This document shows, one piece after another, positions 23,801-34,431 of a stretch of DNA of 64,000 bases. The stretch's first letter is position 1, and each line of letters opens with the position of its first letter. The position numbers were made by a program, and so were the translations under genes. The stretch is from Laetmonice hystrix (Eukaryota): the NCBI GenBank assembly GCA_965235115.1, contig OZ249437.1, positions 14,632,001 through 14,696,000 on the forward strand. Direction: 5' to 3'. The notes below the pieces were generated by a model that saw only the letters and a program-made list of their open reading frames with translations, ran no database searches and had not been told where the DNA came from.

Positions 23801-26800
23801 AGTCAGGCAGTCAGGCAGTCAGGCAGGCCGAGCAGCGACACCGCATCAAAGAACGGAACAAACATTATGACATTACGTATTGTGGCGATTTTAGATTTAT
23901 GTGTGTGCGTAAGTTTAAGTTAGTGTATTTTATTCCAAACTTTGTATGTCAGTATTTTGGCCTTGGTGACCGTGGGAGTGCCTTGGTGACCGTGGGAGTG
24001 TCCCCTCCCACCCGCAGCGTCCAGACCGTCCGCGTGTGGGCGTGGCCATATGGAGGGCTGAGACGTCAGTCTTCAACCACTCCTGGGCCCGGTTTTTTGG
24101 TTGAGCTCGAGTCAAGTTTGAGACGAAAACCTCGTCTCAAGCTCAACTCTGTGAGACTGAGATCGTCTCAGTCTCACAGTTGGGTTTTTTAGTCCCGTCT
24201 CATCTCACGCTCTGGCTCAGATTTCGTCTCACCGGTGAGACAGCATCGACCCTGTCTCACACCTCGTCCCTACCTCATTAAAACCAAGCTAAACATTACT
24301 GACAATCCTACACTTCTACAGGTTTGCATATTTAGGCCTATGTTGCCTGCTCGATTTTAGGCATATTCAAAGGAACGATAGTTTACTTTGATAGCCCTAC
24401 TTTTTCATGTTGGACAACGGCTGCATGCAGAATGATAAAGTAGGCCAGTGGATGAGTTTGCCAAGCGGCACCTTTGTTACGTCACAATGGACTGGTGATT
24501 GTTGCACCTATTGTGTCGTCACGATTATTCCATTTTCGGCCAGTGAGACGACTGAGACGATGTCTCGCCAAAGCTCAATCTCAACTAAAAAACCTGATTT
24601 GAGCTCCGTCTCCACTGAGATCATCTCAGGCTCACCATGAGATGAGATGAGCTTGAGCCTGAGATGGCGACCAAAAAACCGGGCCCTGGAGATCTGATCT
24701 CCTGTTGGCCACCCTTTGACGTGCCGGGGTTGGGGACATTTCCCATTGGTCACCATTCCAATTAGCTGCAGCCCTCCCTTAAGACGGGCTACACGGCTTA
24801 GAATCGGGGAGAGTGATCCACCCTCTCCAATGGGACGGCAGCCAACACCACCCCCGCCTGAGCAGCAGTCGAGCAGCAGACGTGAGAGCAGCATTAAGTG
24901 CAGTTGGCAGCACTGGTTCTTCTAGAGATTCGTCCAAGTTCAGCAGCAAAGAAACGCATTCTGGCATATCTGGTTCGGCCAAGGCTGGCGACTGATAGAT
25001 CCCTGCCGGGCCTTCTTACCCAGTGCCGTCTGCTGCGCCGGATTGACCCTGCTGCTCAGCGGTGTGTGTTTGGTGTGACTGGCTCGCCTCCCAAAGGAGT
25101 GGCGCGCCTTGAAGTCGTGTGTCATGAGGTAGTGAAAAGCAAGGTTCCAAAATGATCGACCACTTTCAGCCTCGTTCACGCTGTGCTTTACAGTCTCCAG
25201 TTGGCATTCCAGCGTCAGTCTAGTTTTATGCAAACAATGCTGCAATAAAAGAAATATTTACAATTTTAAAATCACTAAATAATACTGCAATAAAAGAAAT
25301 ATTTACAATAATAAGACCCTTAGGGTTCACAGCCCCCAACTTGGTCTCAATTTTATTATCTGTGGGGATAAGAACTGTGTATTTTTGAGATACAGTCCCT
25401 GTAAGAATATCTTTAGCCTGCATTAACCATAGACTGTTCCTGATTGTTTCATAATCATGTTTCATACATTATGAAATCATTGGTCTAGCTCATGTTCGCA
25501 GGGTGTCCACCTGACACGACAGCTAGGCCCGTAGCCAGGGGGTGTTAGAACCCCCCCACCAACCCATGGTCCTGCAACGAACCACCCCCTCTGGAAAAGC
25601 TGGCTATGGGCTAGACAAAGTATCCATCTCTGTACTACTGCAGGGGTAGATTTCGTGCATGATTTTTTAGGAGTCAGCAGGACTCCCAAGTTGCAAAATT
25701 TAGGAGTCCGCCAAAAAATGTGGGAGTCCACTAATAATAGGTAATACAACGTGACTGGATGTAAAAAAAAAGACCAATTACAGACAGTGTTATGTCATAA
25801 CAGTTTGGCATAAACAATCGAGTAATCAAGCCATGACTGGGGGGGGGGGGGGGGCTGAGATAAATGGATGCCGGCAAGTTGATCGGTACATGAATTGGAG
25901 GTGTCCGTGACACACCAACTTTTAACACTGAGTGGTCGTAAGCCTCACTTGCTGAGGCTTACTACGTAGGCTAGCTACGGGCCTGTATAATGAGGGACTT
26001 GACATGCATGTGCAACGGCGCATTTCCAGTCGCCTGGTCCTCTTGGCTACACATTAGTATGACGTTAGATAGGGCAACGAAATGCTAATCTGTGGCAGGA
26101 TGTGTTTGGACTATTTGTTATGAAAAATAATAACTTGATAGGCTTCACCATGTTGAACTCCTAAACGTACCATAATATTTCATAACAAATAGCACTACGG
26201 CACCCAGCGATAGATTAGCATTTTGTGGACCTAACGTCATAATAAATGTGGCCCAAGGGGACCGGGTTGGTAATGCTGCCGCCGGTAAAGGCCGGTTTAT
26301 AGTCCGTCGGCCGACCATCGCAGAGTATGTGAAAGTGCCAAAATTTCTGCAGGACCGCTGTCTGACCTACTGAAATACGTCACTTTTCAAAAATTACAAA
26401 AAAACGCATGCGCATTGGTTTCAAACAAAAATGGCGCGGTCCCGGTCGTGGTGACATAGAATGATTGATAGATGAAGGAGTAGGCCTACTGGTAGAGCCA
26501 ACTACTCTAAAACGAAGTGATTTTTAGAGCCAATACTGTCTCTACTTGGGACTTAGGTGGGTACATAACAGCCAAATGTGCGCGGGACAATCGGGCCTGC
26601 TAAATGGGAAGGTCTGTCGGACCGACGGGTTTTTAGCGGGTCTCGGGCCGTCGGTCCCACGGTGTTCACATACTCTGCCATCGGTCAAAGTTCACGTAAA
26701 CTTAACTCTCAGCGATCGGTCGGCCGAATCGCTGAACTATAAGCGATGGTCGGCCGATGGTTGGCCGGGGGACTATAAAGTTAACACAAGTCTCTCATTG

Positions 26801-27367
26801 GGGGTTAGTCTTGTGTGCCTGAAGGCCGCAAACAGTCTAATAAATTTATAATGTGGCTAGCTTCAGCCATTATTGTAAATTTATTCAGGCCAATTTTATG
26901 TAGGCTAGGTCCTACCGGGGCCTATCATGCATCTTTGCTCTATAGATCAAAGTTTCATTTTGTTTCTGTAATACCAGTTCATAAAATTTGGTAAGACACT
27001 CTTACCGAGAGATCGGCCGCTTCTCCTGACAGGGTTCTATGTTAGGCAGAACTTGGACAGGACTGTCAAGTGGCTGCCAAACTGTTGAGCTGGGTGCCGG
27101 CTGGGATTCGGTCAGACGGGACAGTTGACCTGATGAAAAGTCTGTCAAGCGTGTCAGTGTGGAGACTGAACTGGTGGACGATGCCGTCTCTACATCATCC
27201 TGATCACGACACTTGGAACAGTGGTCACGGTGGACGCACAGCAGGTGCTCGGCAAACCCAGCGTGACTTTGGTACAAGTTGTCTTTAATAAAACAGCTTG
27301 ACTCCCTTTGCCGCTCCCATTCATCGATGGCTGCCCCAACGTAGATAAGCCTTGCTTTGTTGTTCAT
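20871..27367 (-). CDS. C2H2 zinc-finger protein, copy A (6 fingers; ZFP91/ZNF276/ZNF653/ZNF692-family-like), 3 exons, 535 aa
   Basis: Exons 27367-27006, 23419-23243, 21939-20871 (GT-AG, both introns phase 2, 1608 nt, no stops). Six C2H2 fingers; the last finger KPLRCEFCYFQCRQRNSMTWHMKKH resembles the terminal finger of ZFP91/ZNF653/ZNF276 (recalled). All three exons are conserved in copy B. Confidence 0.85.
24086..24685. mobile_element. PIF/Harbinger-like MITE (CWG TSD)
   Basis: CTG|GGCCCGGTTTTTTGGT ... ACCAAAAAACCGGGCC|CTG; interior rich in GAGAC/GTCTC. Confidence 0.72.
25992..26796. mobile_element. ISL2EU/Harbinger-like MITE (AT TSD) with a nested Harbinger-like piece at ~26289-26782
   Basis: AT|GAGGGACTTG ... 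CAAGTCTCTC|AT; same family at 32547-33090 and 62004-62345. Confidence 0.7.
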
Positions 27368-27687
27368 CTTTGCTGCTGCTGCTGCTGCTGCCTGATACGA
27401 CGAGTGATACTGATACTGATAGCCGTCGCCCCCTCCTTTCTTCGCTTGCTTTTTTTTTTAATAAGTAGACTATACGGTGCTTAGCGTCCCGTGTACCAAG
27501 GTTACGATTTCTAATAATGACAGGTAAGTAGGCCGTATGACTTTACACCAAATGTAGACTCTCTGCTGATCAATACCTGGATCGGAGACTGAGAGCGAGA
27601 GAGCGCTGAGCTGCGTGACTGTGGCTGCTGCATCCCAGTCGGCTAAGCTGGCTCCCTCGCTAGGTGGCTCTGTAGTCGCGCACTCTG

Positions 27688-27863
27688 GGGTGCGTTTCTA
27701 TAATTAAAACTCAAAAAGACTCTTTGAGACCCTCGCTGAACCCAAAGAGTCTTTGCGGCGAAGTGGTGTTTCAATAACACTCTATTATTTAACACTGGTC
27801 CCGAAAAGACGTCTTTTGACGGACTCTTTGCGGAAAGACATCTTTCATTACAGAAACGCACCC
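27688..27863. mobile_element. PIF/Harbinger-like MITE (CWG TSD)
   Basis: CTG|GGGTGCGTTTCT ... AGAAACGCACCC|CTG. Confidence 0.7.
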
Positions 27864-28638
27864 CTGTCTACTTCCGGCGATACTGCGCTTGCGTAGCTGA
27901 CTGGTCCCCTGCTCACTCCTGCCTACCCTCGGAGTTGAGCAGGTAACCAGTCAGCTTGCGTAGCTGACTGGTTATGGGACGTTCTTTGGATAGAGACAGT
28001 AGGCCGAACACCCGCCCCGCTGTCTGCCCGTTTTGCTTGGTGTGTACCTGTCTCAATCTCAATCTCCGAGGGGAGGGAGGAGTGAGCAGGGGACCAGTCT
28101 GCTTGCGTAGTCGCTTAGCCACCTAGCGAGAGAACAGGGAACAAGCCAAGGCCTCCGCGGTCTCCGCTAGGGGGCCAACAAACCCTTTGCGGCGGCCAAG
28201 GCAGCAGAGTCAACGAGACTGGCTGGGGCGAGCCTGGGGGGTTATTAAAAAACGTACGCGCTGAACTGTAGCTGCGTAATCGGCAGATGTATATAATCCC
28301 TCAGCAAAAGCCGAGCCAGCTGCTGCTAAATTTCCAACAACAGCAAAATTGCATTGCAAAAAAATTCTGGGGCACACAAACTTTGAAAAAGAACAACATG
28401 AATCCCCGGGTATAGCCCATGTTTTTTTTATTGTTTGTGAACATCTAATGGGTCCCACAAAGATCTGTATGACAACCCTAGATTCGATTTTTGACACTGA
28501 ACCCCAACTCGGCAACTGTTGCATATTTGCAACATATCTGAAAAAGGGGTAAAAAATGTTCTAAAAATTCTACAATTATCCCACTGAGGTATTGTAATTT
28601 GTTACTTTTAAACTAACTCTATATAATAGTCTATTCTT

Positions 28639-29051
28639 CAGGGTGACCACAAAAATTTCAATTTCAAACTCCCTGTAGTTTTCCCTGGCTCGCGATGAAT
28701 TTTCCCTGTGATCCGACATGGCTGCCATTCAGTGTTTTTATCAAAGATGGCAGCCGTTTTGAATAAGATCGCCATCATCAGCAGCAATAGGCAAGTGGGA
28801 TTTTTCCTCCTTAGGCATTAAAAGTATCATGACTCAGGAGCCCTACAAATAAGTCTCACTATTCAACAACATATTGCTGCCTTTTCATTGACTTTTTTTC
28901 TGTTGCCTAATTTTTACCCTTGGCTGTCAAATTTCCCCCCTCCCCTGTGTTTTCCCGGTGTTTTAAGTATTTTTCAAAATTCCCTGTGTTTTCCCTGCAG
29001 GGAATTTATTTTTATCATTTTCCCTATTTTCTCTGTGCTGTGGTCACCCTG
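28639..29051. mobile_element. CAG..CTG MITE with a 6-bp TSD (hAT-like), copy A only
   Basis: ATTCTT|CAGGGTGACCAC ... GTGGTCACCCTG|ATTCTT; the empty site is visible in copy B (~35461-35470). Confidence 0.85.
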
Positions 29052-29511
29052 ATTCTTCTTGTCGGCCTTTAATAGCATTTTTAAACTTCACCTCTCAATT
29101 GCAACTCTTGAGACAGTGGGCTTAGAGAGTAACAACTTTCGAGAGGAGCAGTGCACGCTCTGCAACCAGAGATTGTACACCTTTGCTGAAACTGCGTGTT
29201 TGGTGGCCTAAAGGTTACGGTACTGGCACGACTGAGAGCAATTGGCAATAAGCAATGTGCCGCCGGATCTTAAAGCTTAATCCCTAGACCCTGTTGATAA
29301 CAGCTGTTAGAAACAGGGTCTGGGTTCCTGGTCTAGGTCAAACAGGGACAGCAAAGTACATCAGATGGCCCAGTTGATCTAACATAACCAACGTAGGTTA
29401 GGACCTGCACTTTTCAACATCTGCAAACTGCTGCCTCACTCCATTCATGATATGAGTTTAAAATACACTCAAATCCGTTAACATTGGTCTTTATTAGGAT
29501 CTATGCGACAA

Positions 29512-32500
29512 TCAGACAGGACTGCCAGACTGAGGGTGATGTTTCTTCATGTGCCATGTCATCGAATTCCTCTGTCTACATTGGAAACAACAAAACTCAC
29601 AAAGCAAAGGCTTCTGATTCAAGTGTATCCGCATGTGAACTTTGAGGTTATCTTTCTTATTAAACACCTTGCCACAGTTGGGCCACATACAAGTGACCTT
29701 CTCCAGGCCGAAATGCACAACGTTCAGGTGTTTTTGTAGTGATGGTCTTCCATTGTATATCTTTCCACAAAATTCACAACAGCACTTGCGAATTTTCTTA
29801 TGGACACACTCAACATGTTTCCTCAAGGTGAAAGTGTTTGAAACTTCTTTGTCACAAACTTGACAGCGGGTTTTCTCTTGTAGATGTATTTTCCGATGGT
29901 AATATAAAGATCCTGAAGTACCAAACATTTTCCCACACATTTCACATATAAAGTTCTGTGCAGGTTCATCTTCCCCATGATATTTATGTCTGTGCAGTTT
30001 GTACTGGTATGTATTTGAGAAATGTTTCTTACACTCCTTACAACATGGGGGTTTCTGCTTGGGACGATTTCGTTTTTGAGAGAGTCTTAATATTTTGGTA
30101 TTATCCTTGGCTTTTCTTTTCGTGGCTAATGACAGATCGTTTGACTGCATTTCCCTTTTCAAAGGGTCAGCCACCACACATTCACTGAGAACAGAGTCTG
30201 TCCCACTTTGGGGCGAGTCCTGAATTTGTTTGTAGTCTAATATCAGGCTGGTTTGTCTGAGGTACTCTTCTACGTCTGAATTGTGTGCACATTCCAGCCC
30301 CTCCTCTTCCTCCTTCAAGGCACAGTTCTTCTCAACTAACTTGTCCTCCACGGCACAGTTCTTCTCAACTAACTTGTCCTCCACGGCACAGTTCTTCTCA
30401 ACTGACTTGTCCTCCACGCCACAGTTCTTCTCGACTAACTTGTCCTCCACGGCACAGTTCTTCTCGACTAACTTGTCCTCCACGCCACAGTTCTTCTCGA
30501 CTAACTTGTCCTCCACGGCACAGTTCTTCTCGACTAACTTGTCCTCCACGCCACAGTTCTTCTCAACTGACTTGTCCTCCACGCCACAGTTCTTCTCGAC
30601 TAACTTTCCCTCCATGACACAGTTCTTTTCAGCCAACTTTTCCTTCATGGCACAGTTGTTCTTGACTAACTCTGACACATTCTCGTCAGTACTGTTGTCA
30701 TGAACCAAGTCTTCCACATCTTCCTCCTTGACATCGACATCTTCAGGAAAGTGACCAGACAGCAGAGACGACATATTTTTCCATGCTGCTTCCTCTACTT
30801 CATCGTTGGTATTCCTCTTTGAGCCACTACTGAAATGAGAACATATATCAGTATGAAAGTAAACCAGCCAATATGACACGCTCATGCTTGTTTACTTGTA
30901 GAATACTACTTTGATTTTGTCAAGTTTGTGGTCAAACATGTAATGCCCTATTTCAGTCATGTCAATCATTACATAGTGTCAATGCCAGTTCTACCACTCC
31001 TAGCCGTGCACTCTCTATACTATAGAGAGCGATGGATTAACACTGTGCTGTTGGTCCTAAGGCCAATAGCACGGTCAGAGTTTGTAAGGAAGAACGTGAT
31101 TGGTTCAGTATCTACTTAATTAGGCCAACACAATAACGATGACGATGACATAATTACTAACAATTGTAGAGTGTCACAATTAGACTGATATTAACCATAC
31201 CCAGCCAATACAGACCATATGTACATGTATTTGTTACCTTAACATCTGCTCTCCCAGTTCAAGAAGCCAGTCGACAAACTTGGGGAGCTCAGTCTGTTGA
31301 TAACCAGCAAGTTTCTGTAGGTGGAGCCATCTGGTGGCCATGTCACCAACTACAGCTAGGTTGATACTCGTCTGAGGGACACGACTTCCACTTTGAGTGG
31401 GCAAGATAAATGTGCTGAAATCAAGAAAACATTGATAAAGTTGGGCTAGGACCCAAATAACAATGGATATGTTGAAGCCCTGGAACAATCCTTACAAGTA
31501 CTCAACCGACAATAATGAACACTTACAAGAATCCACAGAACTAAGAGTAAGACAACCCTGGAATGCCAACTTGAACCTGAATCGGGTCCCATCATTGTGC
31601 GCATGTGCCAAATCCTTGTTCATGACATCCAACTTCCTGTATCGCCACAGCGATAGGTGACGATACATGATGATCGACACCGCAATTAACCCTGTAAATT
31701 TTATAAGGTCTATGACTATACAAGGCAAGGCTCGAAATGAGTTTTGAGGGGCCTGGAGCAATTTTGCTATTCCTTGTGTCTGTTTGAGGAGCAATTTTTA
31801 AAATTTCATTCACAATTTCCTGAGACTAATCAAGTACAATCATTGAAACAGTCAATTCAAAGCAGACAAATTTATAATTTACAAACGGAAAACGTCTTTT
31901 TTTACTGGTAATTCCCCAGTGGACAGTATACAGTGTAGAGCCTGGGTTGGCCTGGCATAGTGGGAAGGGAGGGAGGCTGTGACCTGCCCCCTCCTCCCGT
32001 CTACCCACAGCTGGCGTATCACAAGTCGTGACCGCCTGAACTCACGAATGGCACCAAATTCCATGTGGTTCTGATTCAAATGGAGTACACTCAAAAGTCT
32101 AGCACGTGCAGTGGTTTACAATCCTCCCGTGGGCAGCCGTTATGGACCGTGGCCTGCTAATGGACCCACTGCAGGGATCTCGCTAGGATTTTAAAATCAT
32201 TAGCCACTGTGGCTAACTGAACAGAGTTTTGATTGGCCACATGACCCATTAGCCACAAAAGTCATTTGGTAAAAAGGTGTATTTCCCCATGTTCATTGTG
32301 CAACCCAACCAGTCTTATACATGACATTTTAAATATTTTGTCACACATTTTAAAAACACATTTTTGAGACACCCCCTTTTGGGAGATGGCTACAGCAGAA
32401 TCCTGGCTGGTACCAGAAGCCTCTCATCCAGCTCACACCTGCTCCTTCAACAGGTTTGCACCCTGCCCCCCCCCCCGCCCCTAATACCACCCACCTCCAC

Positions 32501-34431
32501 TCACAGGCCACAACACCTACATAGGCTAGCTACGGGCCTGTATAATGAGGGACTTAACCCTTTCCTGGTCACATTGTGTTTGCATTGGGCATCCCCCCAG
32601 TTCACAAATAATTTTTCAAAGTCAACATCACTGATTTGGGAGAGTTATAGTTTATTGGCCCTGGCATGGGTTCTACAACACCTAGAGGTCTGAAATTTTT
32701 AACAGTTGTTCAAAAGGTGTTGGCTAATAAAATTACCTTAAAAACAATTGAGTCTATAGATAGCAGGCGCTTTTGGGCACTATGACCAGGAAAGGGTTAA
32801 GACGCATGCGCAACGGCATATTTCGGTCCTCTTGGCTACATATTAGTATGACGTTAGATAGGACGACGTAATGCTAATCTGTGGCAGGATGTGTTTAGGC
32901 TATTTGTTATCAAAAATAATAACTTGATAGGCTTCACCATGTTGAAGAACTCCTAAACGTACCATAATATTTCATGACAAATAGCACTACGACACCCAAG
33001 ATAGATTAGCATTTCTTTGACCTAACGTCATAATAATGTGGCCCAAGGGGACCAGGTTGATAGTGCTGCTGCCGGTACCACAAGTCTCTCATTGCAGTGC
33101 TGCAAACGGACAGTCGCCCACTCGCCCAAGGCGACCAAGTCTTTGAGTGGTCTACCAAAACGTCTGTGACACTCGCCCACTTTGGCGACCAAGTCCAAGG
33201 TTTAAAACGCTACAAGAGGTACTGACCCACTTTCAAAGATGGCAAAAGATGGGGGAGGAGGAGAGGAAGGCAGGGTAGGAGGTCTTTTGGAGGCTAGAGG
33301 TCAATTACAAGTATTTAAAAGCCATTTATAAATTTAAAAAGTTCTTTCGTCATTAGGTTGGACCACCAAAATTTGAAGTATCTGGACTTACTGGTCCCGT
33401 GTCGCGGTCTGTTTTCTCCGCCGGTCTGTAATCTCCGGGAGCATGGTTTCCTATTGTATAGAGGCCGACCCAGACGGGGTGAGCAAGCGCGTCGCAGTTT
33501 GGGCTCACACCTTCGGTCGTCTGCTAGCTGATGGGCGGTGGAGTTTTCTTCCAAACAGTAATAAACGACAGCCTGGATAGGCAAATTGTGGACCAAAACT
33601 GACGGAGGAGAAAACGGTTATTACGTGAGACTCCATCCTGACCTGATATTTCGGATAGTTTACCGAGAACGATACAAATTCACACGACTCTGCAGCCACC
33701 TCCCAGAGATTTCAGACCGTGGAGAAAACAGACCGCTACACCGGTCTGACCACCAATTTGGTGGAACCTGTTTGCAGCACTGTCATTGGGTGTTAGGCCT
33801 AGTCTTTGAGTGCCCAAATGCCGCAAACATTCTAACAATGTGGCTAGCTTCAGCCATTATTGTAAGTCTATGATTTATTCAAGCCAATTTTATGTAGGTT
33901 CTATCGGGGCCTATTGCGTATCGGTATCTTATGGCATATCTTTGCTCTATCAGGTACAGGCATGATCAAGCTTGATGGTGAACTTCTGCAAGTCGTTTTC
34001 AATATTAATAAATTAAACAGAAACAAAATGAAGTTCCATTTTGTTTCTGTTTAGATCTAGGTAATTAATAATAATAATGCCAGTTCATAAAAGCTGGTAA
34101 TACACTCTTACCGAGAGATTGGCCGCTTCTCCTGACAGGTTTCTACGTTAGGCAGAACTGGGACAGGATTGTCAAGTGGCCGCCAAACTGTTGAGCTGGG
34201 TGTGGGCTGGGACAACAAGCGTGCCAGTGTGGAGACTGAACTGGCGGACGATGCCGTCTCTACATCATCCTGATGGTCACGACACTTGGAACAGTGGTCA
34301 CGGTGGACGCACAGCAGGTGCTCGGCAAACCCAGCGTGACTTTGGTACAAGTTGTCAATAAAACAGCTTGACTCCCTTTGCCGCTCCCATTCATCGATGG
34401 CTGCCCCAACGTGGATAATCCTCGCTTTCAT
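29512..34431 (-). CDS. C2H2 zinc-finger protein, copy B (paralog of copy A), 3 exons, 604 aa
   Basis: Exons 34431-34112, 31414-31238, 30829-29512 (1815 nt, open, same splice sites and phases as copy A). Exon 2 protein is identical to copy A with two synonymous changes. Exon 3 has 6 extra 11-aa repeats and a 17-aa insertion. Confidence 0.85.
32547..33090. mobile_element. ISL2EU/Harbinger-like MITE (orthologous to 25992-26796)
   Basis: AT|GAGGGACTT ... CAAGTCTCTC|AT; interrupted by a piggyBac-like MITE. Confidence 0.7.
32558..32796. mobile_element. piggyBac-like MITE, copy B only
   Basis: TTAA|CCCTTTCCTGGTCA ... TGACCAGGAAAGGG|TTAA; absent at the homologous position in copy A. Confidence 0.85.
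33095..33782. mobile_element. CAG..CTG element with a 6-bp TSD (hAT-like), copy B only
   Basis: TCATTG|CAGTGCTGCAAAC ... GTTTGCAGCACTG|TCATTG; empty site at ~26795 in copy A; internal inverted pair at ~33398-33742. Confidence 0.82.

Larger units (their letters stand above)
20611..29105. repeat. Segmental tandem duplication, copy A (contains ZNF copy A)
   Basis: Collinear with 29252-35516 from GCAATGTGCCGC.GGATCTTAAAGC to CACCTCTCAATTGCAAC; the copies differ by substitutions and several TE indels. Confidence 0.92.

Noticed and set aside
24700-25250. Cluster of 60-128-aa ORFs in ZNF copy A intron 1
   Set aside because: Absent from copy B, no recognisable motif; probably TE debris.
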